This document shows, piece by piece, positions 1 through 11,640 of a DNA stretch of 64,000 nucleotides; the stretch's first letter is position 1, and every line of letters begins with the position of its first letter. This DNA is from Tubulanus polymorphus. Taxonomy: Eukaryota > Animalia > Nemertea. The stretch spans positions 11,868,850 to 11,932,849 of the forward strand of contig NC_134029.1 in assembly GCF_964204645.1 (NCBI RefSeq), written 5' to 3'. A program made the position numbers and the translations under genes. The notes under the pieces are model-generated. The model worked only from the letters and a program-made list of their open reading frames with translations. It had not been told where the DNA came from and did no database searches.

Positions 1-870
1 CCTAACAAACGGGAGAGTCACTCTTGATCTGAGTTATTAGAAAAATAATGTTCATTTCGTTATAGAAATTCGTTGCCTTTTTGGAAATTCTGTAATAATA
101 TTTGTTCTGTCCTAATTTTTATTACTGTATGAACCAATGATATGCTTTGTAAATATGATGTAATAAAATAAATTTGAATTTGAATTAAATTTGAACATGA
201 GAATCAAGCATAACTTGTGTTTTTTCAACTCGTCTTTTGTTCCAGAGTTTCAATTACAATCAAATCCAAATTGGCTAAAAAGTACATAGGACTAAATGAA
301 ATGAACCGTTAGTTACTGCAAACCTATTCCAGTGTTATGTCGATCGTGTTGAATCACTTTCCTTGAGTGGAAAGAATCAGATCTTCTATGGTGCAACATC
401 GGTCGAAGAGAGATATCTTGGTGTTGACTGTCCTTGACCATCTAACTTCATGCGTTTGACATTGGAATCAGCATCATACCCATTTAAACTGCAAAATATT
501 CATACAACATGAAAACCTACAGTACATGTATACAGTAATCAAACTTTCACCGATGTTGGATATTTGAATGAACGTTGGGCTTATTTCAGTATTCTAAAGC
601 AGGAAATAATAAGCCCAATAAATAGGCCCTATTCCCATTGGAACAATTGTATAATGCGTACGCTGTACCGTACACTTATCAGTCAAGAATGGAGAAATCG
701 GTATACCAAACCTACGAACAGCAAAATGTACAGGCCTACAATGATTTCTGGTATACAAGCCGTGACCACATTGACTATTAATGTCAGCAGGTCAGAGAAG
801 GCCTGGCCAAATTTAATCACATGGCTCAAATCAATTAGCCTTTCTGCGTGTGAATACTTCACTGTATTGT

Positions 871-1038
871 GGGATCATTCATTTATTACGTACGCATTAA
901 GGGAGGGGGGAGGGGTCAGGGTCAGGGCAATTACGTACTGTAATGCTTAATGTACATGAAAAAATGGCAGATTTTGCGTACAGAGGGGGAGGGGGTGAAA
1001 TAATCAAATTTTATGCGTACATAATAAATGAATATTCC
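871..1038. mobile_element. Short MITE with ~26-bp imperfect TIRs
   Basis: Left end gggatcattcatttattacgtacgcat matches the reverse complement of right end atgcgtacataataaatgaatattcc; tgt on both flanks; G-rich interior. Confidence 0.6.
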
Positions 1039-1218
1039 TGTTTTAAAAATAGGCCTATCGAGTGAATTAGTACATAGACTGAATTAGACTTTAGGCTAGT
1101 CCTGGCCAAATCCTATCCATGTTATAATTGCACCAGTTATAGCAACATCATTGTAGAAGGATGACCGCCGACGAGAGGGAAAAAGTTGTTTGTAGTACAT
1201 AGGCATGGTAGGCTTGTC

Positions 1219-1722
1219 GTACTCACTTAATACCCGGTACTTAAAACGCTGTTGTTACCTGTACGTGACTGTACGGTGATTTCTACAGGTTAGCCGTATG
1301 TGAGTATGTTGACGCTCAGACTTGAAATATTGGGATTCGTAACCAAACGAAAAAAAAATCCAGTTGTAGTCCAGTGATTTACCCGTGCCACAGAACGTAA
1401 CTGCAGGGTGGATGAAATTTGATTTACAAATAGCCTAGCCTCACCTAACCCAAACTCTATTCTTTCACGCATGCACGTTTGCAGATTATAGGAACTCACT
1501 TAGGGCCTTTTTAGGGAACTCACGTACGGTTAACCTGTGGATATCACCGTACAGTCACTGGCACGTACGGGTAACAACTTCGTACTTAAAAAATGGTATT
1601 GGCTACTAGAGGAACTCACGTAGGGTACGGCGTTAGTAGGGAACTCACGTACGGTTAACCTGTGGAGATCACCATACAGTCACGTACGAGTAACAACTAC
1701 GTACTTACTGGTATTGGCTACT
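1219..1722. repeat. ~90-bp unit present once inverted (~1219-1305) and twice direct (~1514-1607, ~1639-1722); probable MITE with a duplicated arm
   Basis: actcacgtacggttaacctgtgga(t/g)atcacc(g/a)tacagtcac...gtaacaac occurs twice on +, and its reverse complement (gttacctgtacgtgactgtacggtgatttctacaggttagccgtatgtgagt) lies at ~1253-1305. Confidence 0.65.
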
Positions 1723-2477
1723 ATATAATAGGCCTATAGACAAATAAATACCCGTACTGCGGCGCGGTAGGCTTTCTTAGCTTCCACACTTCACAACCGA
1801 ACCAACTGACCAACCAGTATATTTATTCCCAGTACGCACCAACCGGTACAGGCCTAACTGTTTGTCAACTGTGTGTACCGTAGTAGGCTATCGATAATCA
1901 CCTGATACTTTTCTGTCGTTTGTTTTCTCTCTGAGACGAACGTAATTCTCGCAGCCCTCCGCGACTCAACGACCTTGATTTAAACTTGATCAATTCAAAA
2001 TCTGTTTATTGACGCTTTTGGTTACATGAACTGATCAGCAATATACTTAAATGAAATAACCGGAATAACAAGAAATCAAAAATATTAAAGTGGTAACAAA
2101 CAAATGCCCGTAAACCTGTCAGACACGCGAACGCCGGATTCGTAAACTCTTGGACTCGGACCCGCTGAGCAATAAATTCATAAAATTGACTTCGAAATTG
2201 ATTGTGGAGAAGAGAGGGAATAATTCGATAGCTCTTCCTCATAAAGAAGAGAGAAATTTCGGAAAGAAAACACAACATGGCTACTAATTGAACGGAGCCA
2301 AATTTCCGATGTTTACGGCTCGACAGTGCCTTTATAATGTGGATTTATCAAAATTCCCATGCAGTATCTGGAGATTGAAGTGAGCTGAAGGATATCATAC
2401 GGATTGTATCGGCGACAGCGGTTAAGGTAAGGAAGCCTTTACACTTTTAACAAAAACTATGTGGAAAAGGGAAAAAA

Positions 2478-2538
2478 AATAATAATAATAATCACGCGAA
2501 TTTCAATAGGGTTTTCTGTGAAGCAACAGAAAACCCTA
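2478..2538 (-). mobile_element. 5' end fragment of a HINE-like element (family C)
   Basis: Hairpin tagggttttctg-tgaagcaa-cagaaaacccta followed (on -) by an (ATT)n tract; the same arrangement occurs on + at ~28064. Confidence 0.45.
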
Positions 2539-2959
2539 ATTATTGTTATTTTCATATTTGGAAAATTTCTCGACCGTTCGACCTTTGGTATGAAAGCCCA
2601 TTACCCCTATTACTAACATATAGCAGCGAGTATATGTTTCAGGCACGTGTTCAGGCACGCATGGATATATGTAAAAGGGCATGCGTTCTTCCGAAACGAT
2701 ATGTAGTTCCAACAACAAAATAAATAAGCAACGGATTCAGATGAAATTCAATAGGGTTAGAGCTGTTATTACTGCATTGAATGTTTTTAAAGTTCCAAAG
2801 AGAAACTAAGCCTCATTGGGTAGTTATTTTGTACCAAAGGAAGCAAGTTTCAATGTGATAACAAAATGGACTTCGCTAAAGAGAAAGTCCATAAAAATTC
2901 TAGCTAAAAATTCTAACGATAGTTGACAGCCATTCTTTGATATACTTCGAGTACTTAAT

Positions 2960-3929
2960 GTCACAACAAATGTCCGAAATTAATTTTCACTGAACCCATT
3001 AAATTCTGATATTTTTTTTGCAGCATTGTGGACATGATGAAGGCTATCTCCGTCTACGTCCAATAGGTGTGGGGCATAACTGGATCACACTCTTATTTCG
3101 AATCTAGTCTTAATCTCTCGCATGACACTGCAACTGTCAAGAAGAATTTAAATCTGATGATGTGATGATAAATGGCAATCGTTGATAACTGCTTTCTATA
3201 CAGATTCAGAATCAACTGTTATCATGTTTTTGGATGCCTAATGTTTAACGACGACCTGCTTTACAATGTTGCTGTAACGAAACTAAAATAGTCAAAATTT
3301 TCTTGTTTGATGTACTCGTAGCTTCATCTACTTTCAGTGAGAAGAAGCAGTGACCCAATTCACCTTCTATCGATTCCACTAGTGTCTTAGCCGATCCAAA
3401 GCGCATTTTGTATGACACCGTCGAAGCACTCATCTTGAGATGCTATAAAGCATGTCTATCCAGACACAGATACTTTGCCAGATCTATGATTTTCTGAACG
3501 TTTGTAAAAGGGATATACGCCAAGAATTGTGGCTTCCTCAATGGCCACCCTATCAGTAACTGGGACTCTGGGCCGAGGTGGTAGGGGCAATTTAGGCGCT
3601 GAGATACTGGTCACGGCTGCACTATCGGACAATGATGTATCGCCAGCTGCTGGAAGCCGATAATTGGTCTTTCGATCGTTTAAAATCCTTCGGTGTTCTT
3701 TAGTACTCGCATGTTGTATGATACATTTCTTCCCTGCGCCCCCATAATCACAGAGTTTATCACACGACAGACAAAACGCTTTCCCAGGTTTTTTCATTAT
3801 ACGAACAAATTCGCCAAGCTTAGCCCCTTTGTGACTTACTTCAAGCCAGCTCCAGCACCACGCGTTTTTGACACCTTTGTCAATTTCTACAGCATACGAC
3901 GATCCTTTATCTTTGATCTTGAAATCCAT
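2960..3929 (-). pseudogene. Decayed hAT-superfamily transposase inside GOLPH3 intron 2
   Basis: ORF 3929-3456 has a zinc-finger-like N-terminus (W.WSWL...AFCLSC...YGGAGKK...H....H). ORF 3433-3245 has FFSLKVDEAT...KILTILVS, the first catalytic Asp context of hAT DDE transposases. 3078-3013 reads YAPHLLDVDGDSLHHVHNAAKK (degenerate CxxH-like region). The pieces are separated by stops and frameshifts. Confidence 0.8.
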
Positions 3930-4513
3930 GTCGTAGTTGCTTCACTGCAGTCAGTAGAACTCAGATATAGACACCACTACCGCATGTATCGATTTTCCGT
4001 GGATTACATTACCACATGCTGTACTATTTATAACCGCAGTACTATATAGGCTATTTTGCAATATACCGGAGATCGACAAAACAATACTCCAAGACGCTCT
4101 TACGGTCTGATTGAGTTGTCGATGTCCATGGCAAGACAGACCCATACCCTACCCCCGCCCTCCCCATTTTCTCAATGAATTTACACAGATCTCAGACTAA
4201 GAACCCGACCAGAAAGTGAAAAAATGCAGAATGCAGTCATACCAATCACAGTGCTTGTAACAAACAGCATTAGGCTTCCGTTGGCATTCCCGTTAAATGC
4301 ACCAATCAGTGAACATTTTACCAAGGATTGAAGTATTTCGCAAATCGATATATGACGTCATGTGCAAAAGCGTGCCCAGTAATGAAATCACCTGTCGTGA
4401 GGCCAGGGGCTGGTGGAAGCAGGGAGGAGTTTCAAGCATAAAATTGAAATATTCATGGGGATCATGGGCAGAGGAAAACACTAGACTAAATACTTAACAT
4501 TGAATTATTACTA

Positions 4514-4762
4514 GGCCATCCCAAAATGATGGTCTGTTTGCCATAACCCGACCGACCCGACTTCAAATGTACTGAGTGAAAACTTTTTTTGGGATTCATA
4601 GAAATAAATTTTATCCTTGTCATTGTTTCCATATAAAAAAGGGGGATCATTTTTGTTTTTTTTTGCCCCAAAATTTTGCCAAATAATATTTCTACTTACC
4701 AACCGACTCCTCCTGAAAACTTGAGTCGGTGTTAGGGCAAACACAATTATTTTGGGATGGCC
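4514..4762. mobile_element. MITE with TIR ggccatcccaaaat, TA-flanked; same family as 51700-52941
   Basis: ta|ggccatcccaaaatga ... tattttgggatggcc(c)|ta; internal gtttgcc...acccgaccgacccgacttcaaa is shared with the copy at 51700. Confidence 0.75.
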
Positions 4763-4793
4763 CTAGTAGTAATTTCACACAAGATTGGTATCA

Positions 4794-5060
<267 letters not shown>

Positions 5061-5397
5061 CTAACAAAGATAAACACAACAAATGTAATTATATCCATGT
5101 AATGCAAAAATAGCTGGAAAGCAGTAATAAAGGGTTTCCCGTGATGCTGTGCCATGCATATTTCAAATCAAGGGAATGATAGAACTATATTTAAGAATCA
5201 TTCAATATTCAATGCTGGTGATCTTATATATAACATATGACCTTGAAACTCACCACAATTATAAAACATGTCATGAGATACAATTCTGTAATTGATTGTG
5301 GTAGGGCCTAACAAAATGTGCCTAATGTCTATTTCAACTTGACTTGAGAGCGTTGCCCCGCTCAGTCAATTTTGGTGGTACATACCTAATAAAAGAC

Positions 5398-5729
5398 TTA
5401 TTAGGACCAGAAAGCACTGGCGGTTGACCAAAAACATTGTTTTAAAATCCATTCTCCACGGTATTGAAGGACATCTAAAAAGTATGCATTGAAAGGGGTT
5501 CATGAGAGAAAAGACTTCATGATTTACAAGTTTAACAATGTTTCCAGGCCTATCAGCTAAATTTGATATGTAGGCATGGAAACATATTGTTAAACTTTCA
5601 AATTATGGAGTCACTTATATCTTTTCAACACCGTTCAATGGAGACTTTTTGGTTATCATTCAAAACAGTGTAGAATGGATTAAAAATCGTGGTTTTAGGT
5701 CAAATGCCAGTGCTTTCTGGTCCTAATAA
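5398..5729. mobile_element. Foldback (palindromic) MITE
   Basis: ttattaggaccagaaagcactggc...aaatccattct mirrors agaatggatt...gccagtgctttctggtcctaataa; the arms pair imperfectly over much of the length. Confidence 0.75.
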
Positions 5730-6637
5730 CATGGATGAAAACAGTGGCGTGGAAAAATTTGAAAAAGTATTAGAGGCAAACTACTGCTGGCCAAGCCAGC
5801 AGTCCCGAGCACCGAAGCCCCTAAAGGGGGGTTTGGGGGAGCTCCCCCAAGAAAATTTAAAAATTTCAAGGAGTGCACCTGAGGCCCATTTTCTAATGAC
5901 AAAATAAGACTGCTGTAACGCTGGTGATCCTTCGTTGTTTATGTCTTGAGTACGGATGGCTCCGACGATATCCAAATCACTAGAATATGTTCATGCCTAA
6001 ATGAACTTGTCAATAAATAGAGTCCCAAGAGGAGCCCCTATCTATAATCTTCCAATCTATCACTCAAGTCAAGTGTATTGTGCCTGAATTAAAACAATGA
6101 CTACTTTTATTGAGCACGCAGGCTATGCTTCGTTGGATAAAATTAAAGCACGCGACCGCAGATTCTAAATATAGATCTCCCTTGCAGCGCTATTGTATGT
6201 ATATATTATTGATTTGCACAGTGGTTTCTAGACAACAGTGGTGTTTCGCATTAATGTTGTAAACTACTTACTTACTCTTAAAATCTATCAATTTTATTTC
6301 GATATTGAAATTGTTCCGTAGATTTAGGCCCCGAACATTAAATTATTGAAGATATTAAATAAATTCTTATAGTTAAACTTGGAAAAATGAAAACTAATGC
6401 CATATTTTAGTGGTGGGGGAAAGAAGATGAAACTTCAACTCTATGGTTCGATTAATTTCTGGTTATTAAAAATTTGGGCTTATAGGCCTTATTTGATTAG
6501 GAAAATTATGAGGAACTGATCGAATGAAATTTAATTTTCTACGAAAAAAAAAACTTGACCCATTCGTTGTCAACTGATATATACTAACTCATACCGGTAC
6601 TATAGTTTAAGTTCCAGGTTCGCGCCTCATGCACAGC

Positions 6638-8219
6638 GAGTCGGATCGACCCAATTTTTCTTATGCTGATGGACCCTTGGGACATTCAAATATGTACGAA
6701 AGATCAAGGTAATTGATCGAAGCGTCTTCAAAATTTCCCTCAAAAAGTTCAAAAATGCGTAAAAAGTGCTGATTTTGAAGAACAACTAGGGGTCCAGGGA
6801 CACCATGCCCACTTGGGAAGTGGTTTCAAATGCTCAACAATCTAACAATTTCAATATTCAACGCCTTCTGGTGACCATATACAAAAACCAATGACCTTGA
6901 AACTCAATACAATCATAAAACATGTCAGCAGCTACGATTTTGTAATTGATTGTGATAACAAAAAATGCCTCGTTACTAATTTAATATGGAAATACTAAGT
7001 TAATCTATTATTCAACGCCCCCTGGTGACCATATTCAAAACCCAATAACCTTGTAACTCACCATATTCATAGAACATGTCATGAACTACAACTTAGCAAT
7101 TGATCATGGTAACAAAATATGCCTAGGTACCAATATAATAAGGAAATACCAGGTTATTCTACTATTCAACGCCCCCTGGTGACCATATAGAATAACTAAT
7201 TTCCTTAAAACTCACCACAATCATAGATGAGCTACAACTTTGCAATTGATTGCGGTAACAAAATATGTATTGGTACAAATATAATATAGAAATACTAAGA
7301 TATTGTATTATTCAACGCCCCCTGGTGGCCATATACAAAAAACCATGAACTTGAAACTCACCCCAATCATAGAACACGTTATATGCTACAACTTGCTAAT
7401 TCATTGTTGTAACAAAATATGCTTAGGTAACAATATAATGTTGAAAAACTTTTTCCCACCTACGAATGAGTACTAATGACACCAAGATGGCCGCCAATTG
7501 CGTCATAATTGGCGGATCAAAAATACCTATCTCAGGTATAAAACATCCCTTTACAAAGAATACCCATCACAAATTGCAATGAGAAATGGCAAACCAGTAG
7601 GAAGCTACAGGACCTAGAATTCTGGCCAAAATTGACATTTTTGGGCACTAAAAAGGTCATAGGACGGCCATCTTGAGTCAGATGGACCCAATTTTTCTTA
7701 TGCTGATGGGCCCTTGGTAGATTCAAATATATTCGAAAGATCAAGGTAATTGATCATATCGTCTTCAAAATTTCCCTCGTAAACTTCGAAAATGTGTAAA
7801 AAGTGCTGCCAGTCGGCCATCTTGATTCTGATAGGGCCAGTTTTTGGGCTGAAGATGTGTCTAGGGTAGATACATGTATAAACCAAATATCAAGACATTA
7901 CCTTGAAGCATCTCCAAAACTTCCCAAAATAACTGGATTCCGTCTACGGACGGACGAACGGACGAAAAGTGAACGCAATAGCCCGCTGGGACTAAAGTCC
8001 CAAGTGGGCTAAAAATGGCTGCGAGTCGGCCATCTTGATTCTGACAGGGCCAATTTTTGGCCTGAAGATGTGTCTAGGGTAGATACATGTGTAACCCAAC
8101 TATCAAGATATTACATTGAAGCATTTTCAAATCTTCCCAATTAGCTGGATTCCATCTACAGCCGGACGGACGAAAAGTGAACGCAATAGCCCGCTGGGAC
8201 AGAAGTCCCAAGTGGGCTA
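6638..8219 (-). mobile_element. Truncated Helentron/HINE-like element (family A) interrupted by a younger copy of the same family
   Basis: 6638-6785 and 8012-8219 join into continuous family-A sequence (compare 23770-24050 and 60541-60900); terminal hairpin at 8187-8219. Confidence 0.8.
6786..8011 (-). mobile_element. Full-length Helentron/HINE-like element (family A) with an internal ~150-bp tandem array
   Basis: Has the 5' hairpin tagcccacttgggact-tt-agtcccagcgggcta, a gtcc-type microsatellite, four monomers (ttcaacgcc at 6857, 7011, 7165, 7311), a 3' subterminal IR (caagtgggca) and a short gtcc/ggac stem before the ctag end; A/T flanks with no TSD. Confidence 0.85.
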
Positions 8220-9222
8220 AAAAAGATTTCAGAGATCGTAGCACCAGTTTTATGAGACGCTTTTACGGTCTGTTCTTTAAGTATCCTACGATCTAACTAT
8301 CAACTTTTCCCCAAGACCCTAACCCCCCTATCATTTCAACGGATCTACATCAATCTCAAGAATGATAACAATGAATCCCCAACCGCGGAAGATTTTCATC
8401 CATGCAATAAGACTTTTATCAGGTATGTACCACAAAGACTTACCGAGCTAATGTCCATATTTGATTTACGTTTGATATCGATTTTTTGGGATATTTCTCT
8501 TTATCTTTTGAACCCAGACCTCAATTTTGTCTGAATAGGACCAGTCATACTCAGCAGTCCAGATAAACCATTGTTTTTATATTCATTTTACACTGCGTCA
8601 ACTACACTTTGAAATGCATATGTTATATGGTCAGTTTGTTGCTAGGTTTCAATGCTTATCAACAAAAGCATGTGTAGGATGGTTTTGGTGGGTTCAACAG
8701 CAGATTGATAGCGCATAGGTCTACTTCTTAAATAATTATTCAAAACTCAAGCTTTACCACAGATGACATGTAACCCTACTTTTACAACCCAAATCTCAAA
8801 GACCACGAGAGAACAGTCCATGGTTGACGAATTCTTAGTCACTGACAGTTATAGCCATTTGTATGGGTCATCGACTCCATTGACTGGTTTTCTTTTTTCG
8901 TAATAGTTTCATGGTAAGGCCATGGTAGGGAGTTTCCACCCTTTGCTTTTTATATATATAGTACGAGAGATACTGGATGATCTAAGCTACAGTTCACCCC
9001 CAAACTTCAAATACGAGCCTCTGTGGCGACAGACAGCAGATGTTGTTTTGGGTAACGACGGCTATTTTCTATTGATGTCGATCTTTTTGGGATATTTCGC
9101 ATAATTTTCGGTGTACATCCGAATCTTTATTTTCTTATATAAAAGCCAAGTAAACAAGTAAATTAAACTAATTTTTGATTGGTCTCTCAGCAACAAGAAA
9201 CGTCTCTGTACCCTTTGATATA

Positions 9223-9866
9223 ATGCACCAGTCAATGAAAGTCTCCACCCTACGGGGGCCAGGAAATGAAAATTAGCGCTGGATCGCATCTGTCCCAGCG
9301 CTATGGATCGCTAATTTTCGTTTCCCAGCCCCCGTAGGACGGGAACTTTCATTGACTACTGTCTGTCACACATGCTCTTCGTGCGACGTTTTGGTCCGTA
9401 ATTTCGTTAATAATCGGTTGATCTGTAAATATTATGCATCAATTTGTTCGGTAAGGAATTTGCATTCAGAAATAAATCATGAACTGGCATAAATTTGTTT
9501 GTGTTTTCTTCTATCAGCGATAGTTTACCTAGCATACGCTCGCGTAATGCCGAAAAACGGCTTTTATGGCCCGTCACGTGGCGCCACCTACTGTATTTTG
9601 ATATGCTAATGAGCAGGTGATGACGTCACTGTAATGTTACGAGCGTCCGCGGAGCGGATTTTTCAGCATTACGCGAGCGTATGCTGAGTAAACTATCGCT
9701 CATAAATGAAAACAAAAACAACTTTAGTGAAAATTGTGGTTTATTTCTGAATGCAAATTCCTCACTGAACAAATTGATGCGTAATAAAGGTAGATAAACC
9801 AATTATAAACGAAATTACAGACGAAAAAGGTCGCACGGAGAGTAGGTGTGACAGACAGTAGTGCAT
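9223..9866. mobile_element. Foldback MITE (~200-bp arms) nested in 9063-10113
   Basis: actgtctgtcacac...gaatttgcattcagaaataaa...agcatacgctcgcgtaatgc mirrors gcattacgcgagcgtatgct...tttatttctgaatgcaaattc...gtgtgacagacagtagtgcat. Confidence 0.8.
9231..9356. mobile_element. 126-bp hairpin MITE inserted into the left TIR of 9223-9866
   Basis: gtcaatgaaagt...cctacggggg...aaaattagcg mirrors cgctaatttt...cccccgtagg...actttcattgac; it splits atgcac|tactgtctg, with ca/ta flanks. Confidence 0.7.
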
Positions 9867-10269
9867 AACTGACGCGTCCCCCGCCTCATTACGCATGCAT
9901 GCAACTACATCATAAACGTCGTGATGGCGGTCGTTCTCGCCGATTTAAAGCTCAATTTTCGGGAATCAATCCTTCCAATCAATGCAAAATAAATATTCAA
10001 ACAATAATTTATCTGAACTGCACAACTCTACTGATTCGATTAAGACCTATTTGAGGTATGTACACCGAAAATTAAACGAAATATCCCAAAAAGATCGACG
10101 TCGATAGAAAATAAATAGACTTTTAGATTTCTGGTGGTTTTAAGTCACAGTAATTTGGGAAGTATTGAGAAAATTTTATTTGTGTCTTACATCAGACACT
10201 AAAGGTTCTTGGTGAAGAAGCAGGGTGTGGAAGAAGTCACGATGAACGCAGTTGTGGTATCGTCTATGA

Positions 10270-11050
10270 CACAGGGGTTTGGCGATGGGCTTGGATTTTA
10301 TTTCCGGGTTGTTGATAATCTCGCGAGAATGGTGCTAAATATGAACTGCGAATAAATTCAAAATATCACGGAAATACCTTGTGTTTATATTGTTTATTTA
10401 TCCGCTATTAAGTTCTGATAAACAATTGGCCGTTAAGAATCATTATCAGACGGTCGCCACGCTACCATATAAACAAGGGATGAAATGCAGTTCAAGTCGT
10501 GCCAGCCAGAAAGTTGGGACAGTCACGTGACTTAACGCTTCTTATTTGACTGAATGCAAACCCGAAGCATCTAAGACGGAAACTATGATACGAAAATATT
10601 TGAGAATAACTTACATTCAAATGCATTTTTTGACTATGAATTGTATATTTCATCATAATTTATTCTGTATAAGTTATTTATTTCATATGAATCATAATCT
10701 GACAATTGATATCGGACTGTGAATATGTTAACTTTTCGTGTTGAAGTTTTAAATGCGATGACGTCATCAGAATGTCACGTGACTGTCCCAACTTTCTGGC
10801 TGAAAATTTAAGTACAGCGGAGGCCTGGCGTTTCATCCCTTGTTCTTTTATATAGTAGCGTGGCGACCGTCTGATAATGATTCTTAACGACCAATTGTTT
10901 ATCGAAACTTTATAGCGGATAAATAAACAATATAAACACAAGGTATTTCCGTGATATTTTGAATTTATTCGCAGTTCATATTTAGCGCCATTCTCGCGAG
11001 ATTATCAACAACCCGGAAATAAAATCCAAGCCCATCGCCAAACCCCTGTG
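10270..11050. mobile_element. 781-bp foldback DNA transposon derivative with ~270-bp TIRs and an 8-bp TSD (P- or hAT-type)
   Basis: Termini cacaggggtttggcgatgggcttgg / ccaagcccatcgccaaacccctgtg; perfect direct repeat gtctatga at 10262-10269 and 11051-11058; the arms are nearly identical. Confidence 0.9.
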
Positions 11051-11104
11051 GTCTATGACTTTGTGATGCCGAAGCCTTCTCTAGTCGTTCGAAACCATAC
11101 ATAC

Positions 11105-11305
11105 CTCCCGATCTTTAAGGCCTAGCAGTAACACTTCTTCCATCAAAGTGAATCTGGTTTCTTTCGAGTCCAGGTCGTAATCGCTATCCGCAGATATGTC
11201 ATCTTTCGTTGGATCGCCGTCATTTTCAGCACCGAGGTGAGCTGCGGTGTCAGTAGTTTTCTGAGACACGTGTCGTCTCTGCACCAAACCGTCAGAACGG
11301 TTCAT
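11105..11305 (-). CDS. GOLPH3: GOLPH3 coding exon 1
   Basis: MNRSDGLVQRR...DSKETRFTLMEEVLLLGLKDRE matches the GOLPH3/Vps74 N-terminus (GLVQRR; ETRLTLMEEVLLLGLKDRE). The GAG|GTATGT donor follows codon 67 (phase 0). Confidence 0.96.
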
Positions 11306-11339
11306 CTGTAAAACCTGCTTCTCTATCTCACCAATCGTT

Positions 11340-11640
11340 TAGACTCAGCCGAAAACTGCTTCCACCAATATGTATACTGTCTCTAATTTCTACTGAAATA
11401 ACCGTCGTAATTTCTGACAGTGTTTATCTCTAGCACAGCTGCAATGGCTGACAAGTTGTGACGTCATCGCGGAATCTTTGGACTGGTGCCCGTCTCTATG
11501 TAAAGCTCGCTTACCAGGTATAACTCATAGATGGCAATAGTGGTCGGAACAAAAAAAAAAGATTTATATCGGCTCGGAACCGCGCGGATATTCATTTGGC
11601 CGTCCTATATAATCCGGTGGCCGCCACCTTGGTCCAGATT
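11340..11640 (-). promoter_or_regulatory. Probable GOLPH3 promoter / 5' UTR
   Basis: Locally CpG-richer sequence immediately upstream of the ATG, with a perfect CRE palindrome TGACGTCA at 11459-11466. The TSS is not determinable. Confidence 0.5.

Larger units (their letters stand above)
9063..10113. mobile_element. MITE with ~55-bp TIRs hosting nested foldback elements
   Basis: tattttctattgatgtcgatctttttgggatatttcg..taattttcggtgtacat mirrors atgtacaccgaaaattaaacgaaatatcccaaaaagatcgacgtcgatagaaaata. Confidence 0.75.

Noticed and set aside
3693-4049. 118-aa + strand ORF
   Set aside because: Antisense to the hAT transposase relic; no recognisable motifs.
6845-7440. Regularly spaced repeats as a possible CRISPR array
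   Set aside because: The whole ~150-bp unit repeats with no unique spacers, there are no cas genes, and the context is a eukaryotic intron.
11306-11313. ttttacag directly before the GOLPH3 ATG as a cis- or trans-splice acceptor
   Set aside because: The upstream sequence is purine-rich with no real pyrimidine tract; it cannot be supported without transcript data.
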